Numbered from the stretch's first letter, positions 34,972-44,310 are shown. The stretch: DNA of 48,115 bases from a virus (IMGVR_UViG_3300010373_001364:1-48115), one strand, 5' to 3'. Made by a program: numbers and translations. Notes: generated from the letters alone by a model not told the origin.

Positions 34972-35208
34972 TCATAATACCTTTGGTTGCAAGCCTGGGA
35001 CGAACGGGCGGGAGTAGGAGTGGCCACTCCAGATGGCTTTCCCTTCTGGATTTTTAAGGCTCCGCATCCTAATCCTGCCGTTCTCTTCGAGGCTTCGGAA
35101 GTAAGAGATTGCTTCCTTATCGGAGGGGTGGAGCGAACTTCCGAGGTAGCCGACACCCCTGCCGTCGATGTACTCGTATTGGTAGTTCCTGTGGTGCTGC
35201 TCATTCAT
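34972..35208 (-). CDS. Small hypothetical protein
   Basis: In an operon with the UvsY-like gene; gagg RBS. Confidence 0.6.
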   Translation of the reverse strand: MNEQHHRNYQYEYIDGRGVGYLGSSLHPSDKEAISYFRSLEENGRIRMRSLKNPEGKAIWSGHSYSRPFVPGLQPKVL

Positions 35209-35224
35209 CCTCTTAGTCCTCTTG

Positions 35225-35707
35225 TTACGAATCTTGGGCTATGGCGGCAGCAACTCTTTCATTCGGGTCATCATCCAAACTGTCGCCCCGAATGTCATGG
35301 TTCAGTTTGTCCATTTCCTTACGTTTATTATAACCATAATTCATTGCTGCTTGGAAGGCTTTGTCGATGGATTTCAAAAAGCCGCCAATCAAATCCTTGT
35401 TGAGTCGCGCAGCCAGCATCTTGCTGTGAGCTTCAACAACTTCCGGGTCAGACTTGGTAGCTGCTTCAGCGAGGGGAATAGAGATGCCGCTCCCCGAACC
35501 CTTCAACTCGCGGAATCTTTTGCCATAAACCTCATCGTACTTCTGTTCGTACAAACCGAGAATCCATACGGAGTCGGCGTGTTTTTCTGCAAAGTAGGCA
35601 TGATGACCGCCTACTTTTTGCAGAAACTCATTGAGGTTGGTTTCCCCGAAATCAAGGATTGAAGGGTCCATCGTTACATCTTCTTCACCGATCTTGACTA
35701 CTCGCAT
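35225..35707 (-). CDS. Recombination mediator, UvsY-like
   Basis: Helical protein with AEA...SDPEV...L..ID...A...G...R.E pattern; directly downstream of the helicase. Confidence 0.6.
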   Translation of the reverse strand: MRVVKIGEEDVTMDPSILDFGETNLNEFLQKVGGHHAYFAEKHADSVWILGLYEQKYDEVYGKRFRELKGSGSGISIPLAEAATKSDPEVVEAHSKMLAARLNKDLIGGFLKSIDKAFQAAMNYGYNKRKEMDKLNHDIRGDSLDDDPNERVAAAIAQDS

Positions 35708-37263
35708 TAAGCCTCCTCGCCGCCGTGGTTTGGTACAAATTTATCTGCCGATTCAATTTCAAGGGCTTCCATAGGGCTTTCGTTGTCCTTCAGTTCCTTG
35801 ACTGCACTTACCTTGTCCTTCCACTCGTCCTCAGTGATAGCTCTGATAGCGAGTGTAACAGGATCTTGAGAATAACAAAAGTGGTATCTGCTCTTTCCAT
35901 TACGATTCTTTACGATGAAGATGCGTCCGACGTTTGCCATCTTCTCTTTTTTGGTTTGGTTGATTGACCAGCAAGCATCCATGTTACGAATCTGACCATA
36001 GCTGTCACCAATCTCAGAGTCATCAATAAAACCGCCATCTTGGGCAAAGCGACCGGATCGATTCGCCTGCAAAGCAGTGATGGTGCAGTGGTCTTCATCC
36101 TCGCCGAAGGCACGAAGGTCGCGCATCAACCGCTGGCGACTTTCGTATGTCTTTAGTCCTGGGAAGTCCCTAAACTCGCCAATGTAGTCAACGATTAGCA
36201 GGTCGGGTTTGAAACCATGTAGAGCCAGTTGGGAGTAGTAGGCACGGATAGTGTTGACATCCGCACTTCCAGCAGAGAAGTGCTTGATCATCAGGCGGCG
36301 CTTGTCGTTTCCAACCAGGGCTTCAAGGTGCGCGAGAGCGGCTTTGATCTCGGCATCCAGCTTCCGCTTAACATACTTCTCTTCCTTGAGAAGGTTATCC
36401 ATATTGATGCCGGTAAACAAAGTGTCAAAGCGTTCTGCCGTCTTATCCTGATTCATTTCCAGGGTGACAAGGAGAATGCGATGACCGATTCGCACGTTCT
36501 CGATGGCACACTTGCAAAGCATCCATGATTTACCAGCACCAGACATGGCTTCATAGCCGGCAATTTCACCACGACTCAAACCCTTACCAACGATACCTTC
36601 GTCAATTTGCGAGAAGCCAGAACTAAAGCGATCTTTGCCACTACGATCCTCTGCCATGCGTCTGTAGCGTTCTTCGATATCTTCAAAGTAATTCAAGCCC
36701 AGGTCCATCTGAGGTCCAACCAGTAAAGCTTTGTCCCAGCGGTGTTTGATCTTATCGTACTTATTCTCCTCGCCACGCTTCTGCAACAAATCAACAGTAT
36801 CAGCGATGGCTAATCTGATCTCTTGATCCCTGGCGAAGTTAACCACCTTCTCCAAGCAATAAGAACGGCTAGTCAATCCCTGAACATAGCAGTCAAGAAT
36901 AGTTTGTAGCTCAGCGGTGTAATAGAGCCTGGCGGGGTTGTCCTTGAGTTGCTCATTCAACTGATCGCGGACGTACTTCTCCTGAACCCACTTTTCACTT
37001 TCGCCAGTGATGTGTTTGATATGCTTCTCAAACCACTGTAACAAGATGCTACAAATCTCTCTGTGTGCTTTGTCCACAAAGTAGTGAGGTTTGATCAAGT
37101 GCATAGCTTGCACCATGAAGGAGCGTTCGTGTAGCATCAAGGACAAAATGTCCTGCTGAACACTTTTGTCGAACTCGTAGTGAACCTGCTTGGGGGCGGC
37201 GTCGGGATCTCTCAGTTTCCCAAGGCTCGCCTGTTCTTCAGGTGATAGATCAAAGTCTTCCAT
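35707..37263 (-). CDS. Replicative DNA helicase (DnaB / T4 gp41-like)
   Basis: Walker A AMSGAGKS, VTLEM, LLIVDY, TALQANR, K.RNG. Confidence 0.93.
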   Translation of the reverse strand: MEDFDLSPEEQASLGKLRDPDAAPKQVHYEFDKSVQQDILSLMLHERSFMVQAMHLIKPHYFVDKAHREICSILLQWFEKHIKHITGESEKWVQEKYVRDQLNEQLKDNPARLYYTAELQTILDCYVQGLTSRSYCLEKVVNFARDQEIRLAIADTVDLLQKRGEENKYDKIKHRWDKALLVGPQMDLGLNYFEDIEERYRRMAEDRSGKDRFSSGFSQIDEGIVGKGLSRGEIAGYEAMSGAGKSWMLCKCAIENVRIGHRILLVTLEMNQDKTAERFDTLFTGINMDNLLKEEKYVKRKLDAEIKAALAHLEALVGNDKRRLMIKHFSAGSADVNTIRAYYSQLALHGFKPDLLIVDYIGEFRDFPGLKTYESRQRLMRDLRAFGEDEDHCTITALQANRSGRFAQDGGFIDDSEIGDSYGQIRNMDACWSINQTKKEKMANVGRIFIVKNRNGKSRYHFCYSQDPVTLAIRAITEDEWKDKVSAVKELKDNESPMEALEIESADKFVPNHGGEEA

Positions 37264-37311
37264 CCAGCCTCCTATGTTGTTTCTCCCAACTATAGGCTGG
37301 GGAATCTAATT

Positions 37312-37962
37312 TCACAACCCTGGAAAGCCTTCACTTCCGACTAAGTACGAATGTTCCGATAAGGATACCAGTCCAGAACGGATGCTTCGCTCTCTGGTGA
37401 TTTTTTTGCCCAAATTTTTACCGCAGTTCCAGATGATTGCCTTGCAGTAGACGGAGAATCTCTTGTCGATCTCCAGTTTGGATTGCTTGTTAGGTCGTTT
37501 GTCTTCTGGCACATATGTCTTGAGAAGTGTGTCAAGAATCTGCTCCTGATATGCACCAAACTTCTGTTTGTTTGCACCGTGACGGGTTCGGTTATCCCAG
37601 AGGTCAAGTAATTGTTCTAGCACCAGTGCGACGAAAACGTACTTTGGATTATTTGTTTTAACGAACCACTCATCGTCCGGTTCTTCTCCTTCTCGATTGA
37701 CGGTGATGTCACAGTGAGACGCAACCGCAGCCATTGAAGCCTCTATGTACCTCTGTCTTTTTGTGTAGATGCAAGCCCGGCTCATCGACCACCTGAGATC
37801 CTGTACGATATCTTCGATCTCGTCGGTGTAATTGTTCCTGAAGTTTTTCTTCTTCAGTTCCCATGCTGCCTTATAACACAAATTGCCAAACTCCTTGTCT
37901 AGCTCCTCATACTCCTCCTCTGTGATTCTAAACTCGTCAAAAATGTAATCAACCGTTACCAT
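37312..37962 (-). CDS. Sigma region 2-like protein with insertion
   Basis: F.NL....AW...EDIVQDL.....RA and KRFSVYCKAIIWN, similar to DLIQEG...KFSTYA...I. Confidence 0.45.
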   Translation of the reverse strand: MVTVDYIFDEFRITEEEYEELDKEFGNLCYKAAWELKKKNFRNNYTDEIEDIVQDLRWSMSRACIYTKRQRYIEASMAAVASHCDITVNREGEEPDDEWFVKTNNPKYVFVALVLEQLLDLWDNRTRHGANKQKFGAYQEQILDTLLKTYVPEDKRPNKQSKLEIDKRFSVYCKAIIWNCGKNLGKKITRERSIRSGLVSLSEHSYLVGSEGFPGL

Positions 37963-39286
37963 TCCTCTCCTTGCTTGTCGGGATCTGTTTCAGGTGGGAA
38001 AGGCGGACACCAATAGAACATGCCACTTTGATACTAAGTCCATTGCACATTTTGCTTTCACTTTGGAGTGCCTTTAACCCACTAACTACAACTCTATTCA
38101 GATTTTCTTGATTTGCAACTAGCACATAGCCATCATGGATACTATAAAGCAGGTTGCCATAACCAGATATAGAGTTGTGAAGCTCAATTAACTTCTCCTG
38201 ACAGAAGACCGCTGATGCTGCTTGCACCATAAAGCCACGCACACTAAGGGGTTTTTCGGCAAATGATCTAATACGACCGAAGTAATCCTTCGTGGTTGGG
38301 GCAGATTTCACCCCTTCGTAGTGATCCTCCATATACTTCCAGGCGGTCGGGAATCTTTCCTTGATCAACCAGTGAATTTGATTTGCCGCGTGACTAGAAA
38401 CACCATACTCCTTCTCAAGCCCATGTGGAGTTTGACCAAACATGATGGGGAGAAAGAGGTTTTTGATCACTTCACGTTTGGTGTCGGTATCACACGGTTC
38501 GCCGAATACCACTTGGTAGATACCACGGTACAGGTCGGTGCCCATACCCATCGCTTTCTTGAGAGTTTCATCTCCCGTAAGCCACTGCAACATGGACACT
38601 TCCATGTGCTTAAAGTCGAAGTGGATGAAGAAGTCTTTTTCCCCACTTAGTCTGAGAACTTCTTTTCTTTCATCGCCGATGCTGTGTGGTGTGATGCAGT
38701 TCTCAAACTCCTTGTGGCAGTTCAAGCGACCGAACGTCTGTCCTTCGATCTCGTAGCTGGGATAGACGTACTTGTTCATCTCCGTATCAATGACACCCTG
38801 GTACGTCTCCATGCAGGGGATGACTTGGAGCGCAAGGGGTTTGTGGATTTTGTTGTGGATGGTCTTGGCTTCTTCACTGTTGACATAGGGACTTAATCTA
38901 TGCAAGGTTTCACCAAGAGAAGCGGGTGCGCCCTGTTTCACTCCTAAAAATGCTTCCACCAGATTCAGATCAATCACCTTAGAACCAAGGGGCGTCATCT
39001 TAGGGCAGCGGAATTTGAGAAAACTGATCAGGTTCTTCACATTCCAAAAGATTGTCGTCATCCCCTCTGCGAAAACGGAGTCTCGCAACTGGTTGTAGAT
39101 GTTTATGGTGTCTTCGATTCGAGGAGGGAATTTGACGGTGAGTCGTCTTTTTCCTCCGTAAATTAGGAGGTTGCCGTCGAAGGGACGGGTAAAGTTGGTG
39201 ATCTCCGGTTCTGTTTTGAGAAAGAGGATCTTATCATGGTTGCATAGCCCACCCAACTCTTCGGCAGTCTTGATTAGATCAACCAC
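37949..39286 (-). CDS. Divergent family A DNA polymerase
   Basis: TFGRL, motif A FDFKHME, motif B R...K.......FG, YFGRIR, VQ, motif C IHDG; GTG start chosen to avoid overlap with 39310. Confidence 0.85.
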   Translation of the reverse strand: MVDLIKTAEELGGLCNHDKILFLKTEPEITNFTRPFDGNLLIYGGKRRLTVKFPPRIEDTINIYNQLRDSVFAEGMTTIFWNVKNLISFLKFRCPKMTPLGSKVIDLNLVEAFLGVKQGAPASLGETLHRLSPYVNSEEAKTIHNKIHKPLALQVIPCMETYQGVIDTEMNKYVYPSYEIEGQTFGRLNCHKEFENCITPHSIGDERKEVLRLSGEKDFFIHFDFKHMEVSMLQWLTGDETLKKAMGMGTDLYRGIYQVVFGEPCDTDTKREVIKNLFLPIMFGQTPHGLEKEYGVSSHAANQIHWLIKERFPTAWKYMEDHYEGVKSAPTTKDYFGRIRSFAEKPLSVRGFMVQAASAVFCQEKLIELHNSISGYGNLLYSIHDGYVLVANQENLNRVVVSGLKALQSESKMCNGLSIKVACSIGVRLSHLKQIPTSKERNGNG

Positions 39287-39295
39287 ACGGCACCC

Positions 39296-39301
39296 TAGAT
39301 A
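39296..39301 (+). promoter_or_regulatory. Putative late promoter (TAGATA)
   Basis: TAGATA-8 nt-ATG at 39310. Confidence 0.5.
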
Positions 39302-39309
39302 CAAAGACC

Positions 39310-40038
39310 ATGATTCCAAGCGAAGAAGACAAAGCCCTGGAACTCATTCTGCAATACAGCATGGATGAAATCGAGACGAAGGCGTTCAAAATCGCCTGCG
39401 TCTACCTGGCGAAGGCGAAGAAGTTCTTTCCCGACTACAAGCACTACCGCCTCCCCAAGGGTGATCCTCGTAAAAGTGACCTCTTCCGTCACTGCTATAA
39501 GTTACTGCGAGAGAAAGGGGATAAAATTGCAGACGAAGATTATACACTCTATGTCCACGCTCAGATGGATATCCTAAGAGGCATCAAGAAGGGTGATCTT
39601 CACCCCTTCATTACGCCTGCCTGCATTTCGGGCGAGAAGGCTTGGAAGAGGTGGCTCCTCTGGAAGGGGAAGTATGACAAGCTCATCGATTCCAAGATGT
39701 CAGCTAACGTCGCCAGTAAGGTCAATGTCCATTCTCCTGAAAAGATCAAGAAGGATCTATGGAAGACCAAACAGTTCTTCATTGCCTGGTTTGACCGCCT
39801 TGATCCATCCGATGTATTAGAATCTCTTAATGATTCAAACATCTTTCGTTGGTATCAGACAGGCAACATCTGCGGTTATTACTTTATCCTCTCATCTCTT
39901 GTGCAAAACTGGCTAAAGAAAAATCCCATTGATCTAAAAAAGGAGTTCAATCTCGACCTCGCTCTATATATGGAAGCCAATCAAAAGGAAGTCATCGATT
40001 ACTTCTACCTAGAGTTCCCCTATGAAAAAGGCACTTAA
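39310..40038 (+). CDS. Hypothetical protein
   Basis: 242 aa ORF divergent from PolA. Confidence 0.75.
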   Translation: MIPSEEDKALELILQYSMDEIETKAFKIACVYLAKAKKFFPDYKHYRLPKGDPRKSDLFRHCYKLLREKGDKIADEDYTLYVHAQMDILRGIKKGDLHPFITPACISGEKAWKRWLLWKGKYDKLIDSKMSANVASKVNVHSPEKIKKDLWKTKQFFIAWFDRLDPSDVLESLNDSNIFRWYQTGNICGYYFILSSLVQNWLKKNPIDLKKEFNLDLALYMEANQKEVIDYFYLEFPYEKGT

Positions 40039-40897
40039 CCTTCTTACCACCATTGTTCTTATCATCTCTTGTCTTGGCATAGGATATCTACTAAGCCCCC
40101 ATGAGGAGGTGCGACCCGACGTACAGATGATTCAAATGCCACTAGCGAGAGAAGACCACAACACAGTCAGGGTTTTGTCCAGCATACCATACGGAAATGA
40201 CAAGCGGCAATCCCTGGACGTTTACCTACCGCGAGGTAAAGACAACTTTCCGGTGATGTTTTTCATTTACGGAGGTGCCTGGTCTGCCGGCAACAAGGAG
40301 ATGTATGGTAGCGTAGGGTATTTTTACGCCAAAAATGGATATGCCACCGTCATTGCGGATCACAGATTGTCGCCAGAAGTAATCCACCCCGCACACATCG
40401 AAGACGTGGCAAGAGCGTTCGCGTGGACGAAGAATAACATCGCCGTTCACGGCGGAAACCCTGGCAAGATATATGTTTGTGGTCATTCCTCTGGTGCCCA
40501 TTTGGTGTCATTACTCGCCACCAACACCAAATATCTAACCAAAGAAGGGGCTGATCGAACCGACATTAAGGGCGTTGTCGCCATCAGTGGCATCTACAGT
40601 TTGGGAGCCAACATCAACTTTGCCGGTTATGGTCATATCTTTCCGACCAAGGAAGACAAATACGACGCCTCCCCCATTAACTTTCTTGAAAAAGGCGTGC
40701 CGCCTTTTGTGGTATTATACGCTGACAACGACATGAAGACCTTGGGTAGTCAAGCGACAAGGTTTCATAGAGCGCTTCAGGTACAAGGAATAACATCTTC
40801 CCTTCACTGCGTCAAGGAAAAAGATCACACCACCATTCTCCTTGATTGCGTCACACCTGACCACTCCAGTAAGATTGTCCTCGACTTTATGAAGTAA
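40022..40897 (+). CDS. Membrane-anchored alpha/beta hydrolase (HSL-type esterase)
   Basis: N-terminal TM; LDVYLP, YGGAW..G.K, HRLSP, DVARA..W, GHSSG, SP, D and H. Confidence 0.9.
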   Translation: MKKALNLLTTIVLIISCLGIGYLLSPHEEVRPDVQMIQMPLAREDHNTVRVLSSIPYGNDKRQSLDVYLPRGKDNFPVMFFIYGGAWSAGNKEMYGSVGYFYAKNGYATVIADHRLSPEVIHPAHIEDVARAFAWTKNNIAVHGGNPGKIYVCGHSSGAHLVSLLATNTKYLTKEGADRTDIKGVVAISGIYSLGANINFAGYGHIFPTKEDKYDASPINFLEKGVPPFVVLYADNDMKTLGSQATRFHRALQVQGITSSLHCVKEKDHTTILLDCVTPDHSSKIVLDFMK

Positions 40898-40915
40898 GTG
40901 CTTTAGACTCTGATC

Positions 40916-41305
40916 ATGGATAGCGACTTCAAGCGTCTTGGAAACATTAACAAGACAGCCTTTCAACGTGTTATTGACACCCTCGATGGGTGCATCAACG
41001 CACAAGGCATTAAGGTGAAGTTCCCTGCCTGGATGGTAATGGGGTCGAAGGAGTGGGATGCCACTCCCGACCAGATCAAAGCATATGCTTATCAAGCTGC
41101 TTTGGTGACGGGTTGGACGGATAAATCCCTCATTCAAGCGGTTTGTAGCGTTTATGAATTCATAGACGCTCATGCAGCAAGCTTTACCATTAGGTTGTTG
41201 GAAGACCTTGCAAAACAGTATCCATTGGAGGTTAAGGAGAAAAAGAAAGAGCTACCAAAAGTAACTCTTTCTGATGGCGACGGGGCGAGGGAGTTGGTGA
41301 TATGA
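40916..41305 (+). CDS. Hypothetical protein
   Basis: ORF coupled to the next gene by ATGA overlap. Confidence 0.65.
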   Translation: MDSDFKRLGNINKTAFQRVIDTLDGCINAQGIKVKFPAWMVMGSKEWDATPDQIKAYAYQAALVTGWTDKSLIQAVCSVYEFIDAHAASFTIRLLEDLAKQYPLEVKEKKKELPKVTLSDGDGARELVI

Positions 41306-42075
41306 GGAAGTTGATTGGTCTAACGGGACCAAGCGCCTTCAGCGATGAGTGCAAGATCGTGATTGAGAAATACCTAAAACAAAACTTCGTATTCCTCTCT
41401 CACGACGACATGGAAAACCTTGAGGGTTGGCTGGAGAAGTGTGATGCCTTCTTGGTTTCTGGTGGTGTGGATGTCCATCCCTCGCTTTATGAGCGAGATA
41501 TACCCAATCACCAAAACATGAGTAAGTTTGATTTCCAGAGGGACTTACGGGAAACCGTAGTTATTGATCACGCCATCACCCAGAAGAAGCCGATGCTGGG
41601 TATCTGTCGCGGGCATCAGATGATAGGACTCTATCATGGTGTTAAAGCTGACTTCTGTCTGGACCTCAGCAGCAGCCACACTGTACATCAACCTACCAAA
41701 TCCAACGTCAGTATCAGCAAGGGAGAGCCGGTTCACTATGTTGAACTACTAGACCCCAAAGCCTTTCCTGTGGATGCTCCACAGGAGCGCGAGATACTGA
41801 AGAGAATTATGGAGGAGGATCAGCAAAAGCGATTGTGGGTCAATAGCTTCCATCATCAAGGAATCTATTACAACCCACAGGGCTTCGATTACATGGGCAG
41901 GGGTATTGAAGTTCTTGGTATTTCCCCCGCTGATCAAAACAACAAACAGTTCAAAATCATTGAGCTTATGCGTGGTGAGACTTGGATCTCGGCGCAGTGG
42001 CATCCTGAGTGGGACTATGAATCTAACACCCCATCCAGGGCAGTGATCGATTACTTTAAGAGGATGGTTCAATGA
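41302..42075 (+). CDS. Peptidase C26 / gamma-glutamyl hydrolase (class I GATase, PuuD-like)
   Basis: SGGVDV.P..Y, RD..E, LGICRGHQ, VNSFHHQ and QWHPE. Confidence 0.92.
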   Translation: MRKLIGLTGPSAFSDECKIVIEKYLKQNFVFLSHDDMENLEGWLEKCDAFLVSGGVDVHPSLYERDIPNHQNMSKFDFQRDLRETVVIDHAITQKKPMLGICRGHQMIGLYHGVKADFCLDLSSSHTVHQPTKSNVSISKGEPVHYVELLDPKAFPVDAPQEREILKRIMEEDQQKRLWVNSFHHQGIYYNPQGFDYMGRGIEVLGISPADQNNKQFKIIELMRGETWISAQWHPEWDYESNTPSRAVIDYFKRMVQ

Positions 42076-42359
42076 TTTTTGTCATGTTGCTTTGTTTGGG
42101 CTTGTCATTGTGGTGGGCATATTATGGCGTTGAATGCTTCATCAACGGAGCATTCGGCGGCGTTTGGATGCCATTTCGGTGTTGGTGGGAGGAGTTCACT
42201 TGGAACATTCCCATTATCGGTAAATACTACCGACTAAAGTTCACCCAAGGAGACAAGGAGTGGGCGAAGATGTTACCTGGACCAATTCACTTTGGACTCG
42301 TCTGCGTTGTTTTACCCCTTCTTCCGCTACTTGTGTATTATGTAGTACGACAACTGTAA
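42072..42359 (+). CDS. Small membrane protein
   Basis: Two hydrophobic segments; coupled start. Confidence 0.65.
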   Translation: MIFVMLLCLGLSLWWAYYGVECFINGAFGGVWMPFRCWWEEFTWNIPIIGKYYRLKFTQGDKEWAKMLPGPIHFGLVCVVLPLLPLLVYYVVRQL

Positions 42360-42372
42360 GGAGCAAAAAGTA

Positions 42373-43509
42373 ATGAAGTATGCAAAGATCGTCTGGGACG
42401 GCAAGAAGTTGGAGGTTCCCTCCGACATGGGCTGTCCCAAGGAAAACCAGTTGAAGGGTTCTGATCTCGACAACCTCACCGAACTTGCTGGGCGTGTTTG
42501 TTATGACTCGCTTGGTAGTGGTAGGGATTCCGTTGAGTACCACAAGCACATCATTGAAGTTGGTCACGGTAGTGTTCAAGAGCATCCCAACCTGACGTTT
42601 GCGGTTGCTCTTGATGTACCTACCTACCTGGGCACCATTGAAGCACTCATCAATCGCCCCGGTTTGTGGATTTGCAAGGAAGTACCCACTATCATCACCA
42701 CCAATACTTCTGCCGCCTTCAACCTACGCATCACGGCGAACATGCGTACCATCCGTGAATGGTTTGAGTTCCCGCCGCTGAATAAGCTCAGCATCATCCT
42801 TGGTCAGCAAATCCAGTATCTTGCCAAACAGAAGGCTCCCTTGCTGTTCCAAGACCTGTCGCCCGCTGATACCGGAATGCCTTTGCAAGTTGTGGAACCG
42901 AAGTACGAAGACGAGATGTGGGTGAGCGTGTTCTTCACCAACGTCAGTCGTGGCTTCAGCCATGAACTCGTCCGTCACAAGTTCCGCACCGCCGTCAGCC
43001 AGCGCTCTACCCGCTATGTTGATGAAGGCGAGTCTCCCTGGTGCTGGCATCCGCTGATCCTCAATAACATCGATCTGGATGCACCCATTCAAGTTGATGA
43101 AGAGGGTGTAGAAAACTGGTGCAACTACAGCCTCAATGAGCTTCGCGAACTCTGCCAGGACGGTTACAGGGCTTTGGTTGACAAGCTCCAGGCGAAATTG
43201 ATCTCTGAGGGCAGCGACAAGTTCACTGCCAGAAAACAAGCTCGCGGTGCTGCCCGTGGTCTTCTGGGCAATGCTTTGAACACCGAGTTGATCTTCAGTG
43301 CCAGTCTTGCACAGTGGAAGTGGATATTCCATCTCCGCGCCGCTGCGCCGGCTGACGCTGAGATCCGCGTCGTCATGAACGAGGTCTACGAGCAGTTTCT
43401 TGAAAGATTCCCCAATCACTTCAAGGGCTATGAAAAAGTTGAGTGTCCCGACAAGATTGGTTACGGCTTGAAGGAGCCTGAGATCATGACCGGGGATTCT
43501 CAGGGTTAG
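42373..43509 (+). CDS. thyX: Flavin-dependent thymidylate synthase (extended, duplicated-domain form)
   Basis: AGRVCY, GH.SV.EH, SRGFSHELVRH...SQRSTRYV, AR..L, LR....AD.EIR. Confidence 0.92.
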   Translation: MKYAKIVWDGKKLEVPSDMGCPKENQLKGSDLDNLTELAGRVCYDSLGSGRDSVEYHKHIIEVGHGSVQEHPNLTFAVALDVPTYLGTIEALINRPGLWICKEVPTIITTNTSAAFNLRITANMRTIREWFEFPPLNKLSIILGQQIQYLAKQKAPLLFQDLSPADTGMPLQVVEPKYEDEMWVSVFFTNVSRGFSHELVRHKFRTAVSQRSTRYVDEGESPWCWHPLILNNIDLDAPIQVDEEGVENWCNYSLNELRELCQDGYRALVDKLQAKLISEGSDKFTARKQARGAARGLLGNALNTELIFSASLAQWKWIFHLRAAAPADAEIRVVMNEVYEQFLERFPNHFKGYEKVECPDKIGYGLKEPEIMTGDSQG

Positions 43510-43777
43510 TGTACTTGTTCCAGTCACTAATGACTTTATGCTCCTTGGAAGGCGTGGTGAGCAACTTGCTTGCCACGCCTCTTCCACATCCAGGGCACTT
43601 GAACATCCTCCTGCGTGCCTGCATAGGCGGCATCTTCACCTTGCCATCTTCTTTATCAACGTAGGGAATACCGCCTGGCACGTCGTTCAGTTTAATCTCA
43701 ATAATGTTCTCATCTAGTAGAGACTTGCGACCGCACGCCTGACAGTACAAGAATGTAGGTTCTGGTTGTTTCTTCAT
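43484..43777 (-). CDS. Zinc-ribbon protein
   Basis: CQACG...CPGCG; ggag RBS; start MKKQPE. Confidence 0.7.
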   Translation of the reverse strand: MKKQPEPTFLYCQACGRKSLLDENIIEIKLNDVPGGIPYVDKEDGKVKMPPMQARRRMFKCPGCGRGVASKLLTTPSKEHKVISDWNKYTNPENPRS

Positions 43778-43785
43778 AACACTCC

Positions 43786-43791
43786 TATATA
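43786..43791. promoter_or_regulatory. Palindromic TATATA, putative bidirectional late promoter
   Basis: 5 nt before ATG 43797 (+) and 8 nt before ATG 43777 (-). Confidence 0.5.
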
Positions 43792-43796
43792 TCGCT

Positions 43797-44078
43797 ATGA
43801 GCAAAAAGAAAGCCAAGAAGAAAATATCTCTGAAGCAGATCAAGGAAATGAGAAAAAAGAAGCCTCTGGTCTGCAAGAATTGTAAACTCTACAATGCCAA
43901 GCAGGGTATCTGCTCTGTTGTGGTCCTTGATAAGGGCGAGAAGTTTGAATTGATGACAAAACCCAACGACCGCTGTAAGTGGGAACAAATGGGTGTACCA
44001 GTTCAACGTATCCGAGCCTGGTCAGACGGCGAGAATGGTTATGTTGAATGGACGGAAGAGAAGAAGTCAGATGAATAA
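43797..44078 (+). CDS. Small basic Cys-containing protein
   Basis: Lys-rich N-terminus; CKNC...C...C. Confidence 0.7.
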   Translation: MSKKKAKKKISLKQIKEMRKKKPLVCKNCKLYNAKQGICSVVVLDKGEKFELMTKPNDRCKWEQMGVPVQRIRAWSDGENGYVEWTEEKKSDE

Positions 44079-44306
44079 GGGGTATCGAGTGTCAATGTAC
44101 CTCTTCTCGTCACCCTGCACTGTTAGCTTGTAATTGGGTCTGCTTATCTTGGAAACGAAGTTATCAGTCAGGGTGGCAGTTAATGGCGTACCACCTGAAC
44201 CCGAAGTGTAAGTTTGGGTAACAGAAATGCTGAGACTACCCTTGCACCCTGTCGGGGAGGTAGTACATGGGCAACAGGAACCTTTAACTGTGCAACTACA
44301 CGCCAT
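44067..44306 (-). CDS. Small Cys-rich protein, probably late
   Basis: MACSC...CCPC...C; TAAATA (44311-44316) 4 nt before the ATG. Confidence 0.6.
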   Translation of the reverse strand: MACSCTVKGSCCPCTTSPTGCKGSLSISVTQTYTSGSGGTPLTATLTDNFVSKISRPNYKLTVQGDEKRYIDTRYPLFI

Positions 44307-44310
44307 ACCC

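Noticed and set aside
42724-43587. 287-aa antisense ORF over thyX
   Set aside because: Shadow frame of a clear enzyme gene.
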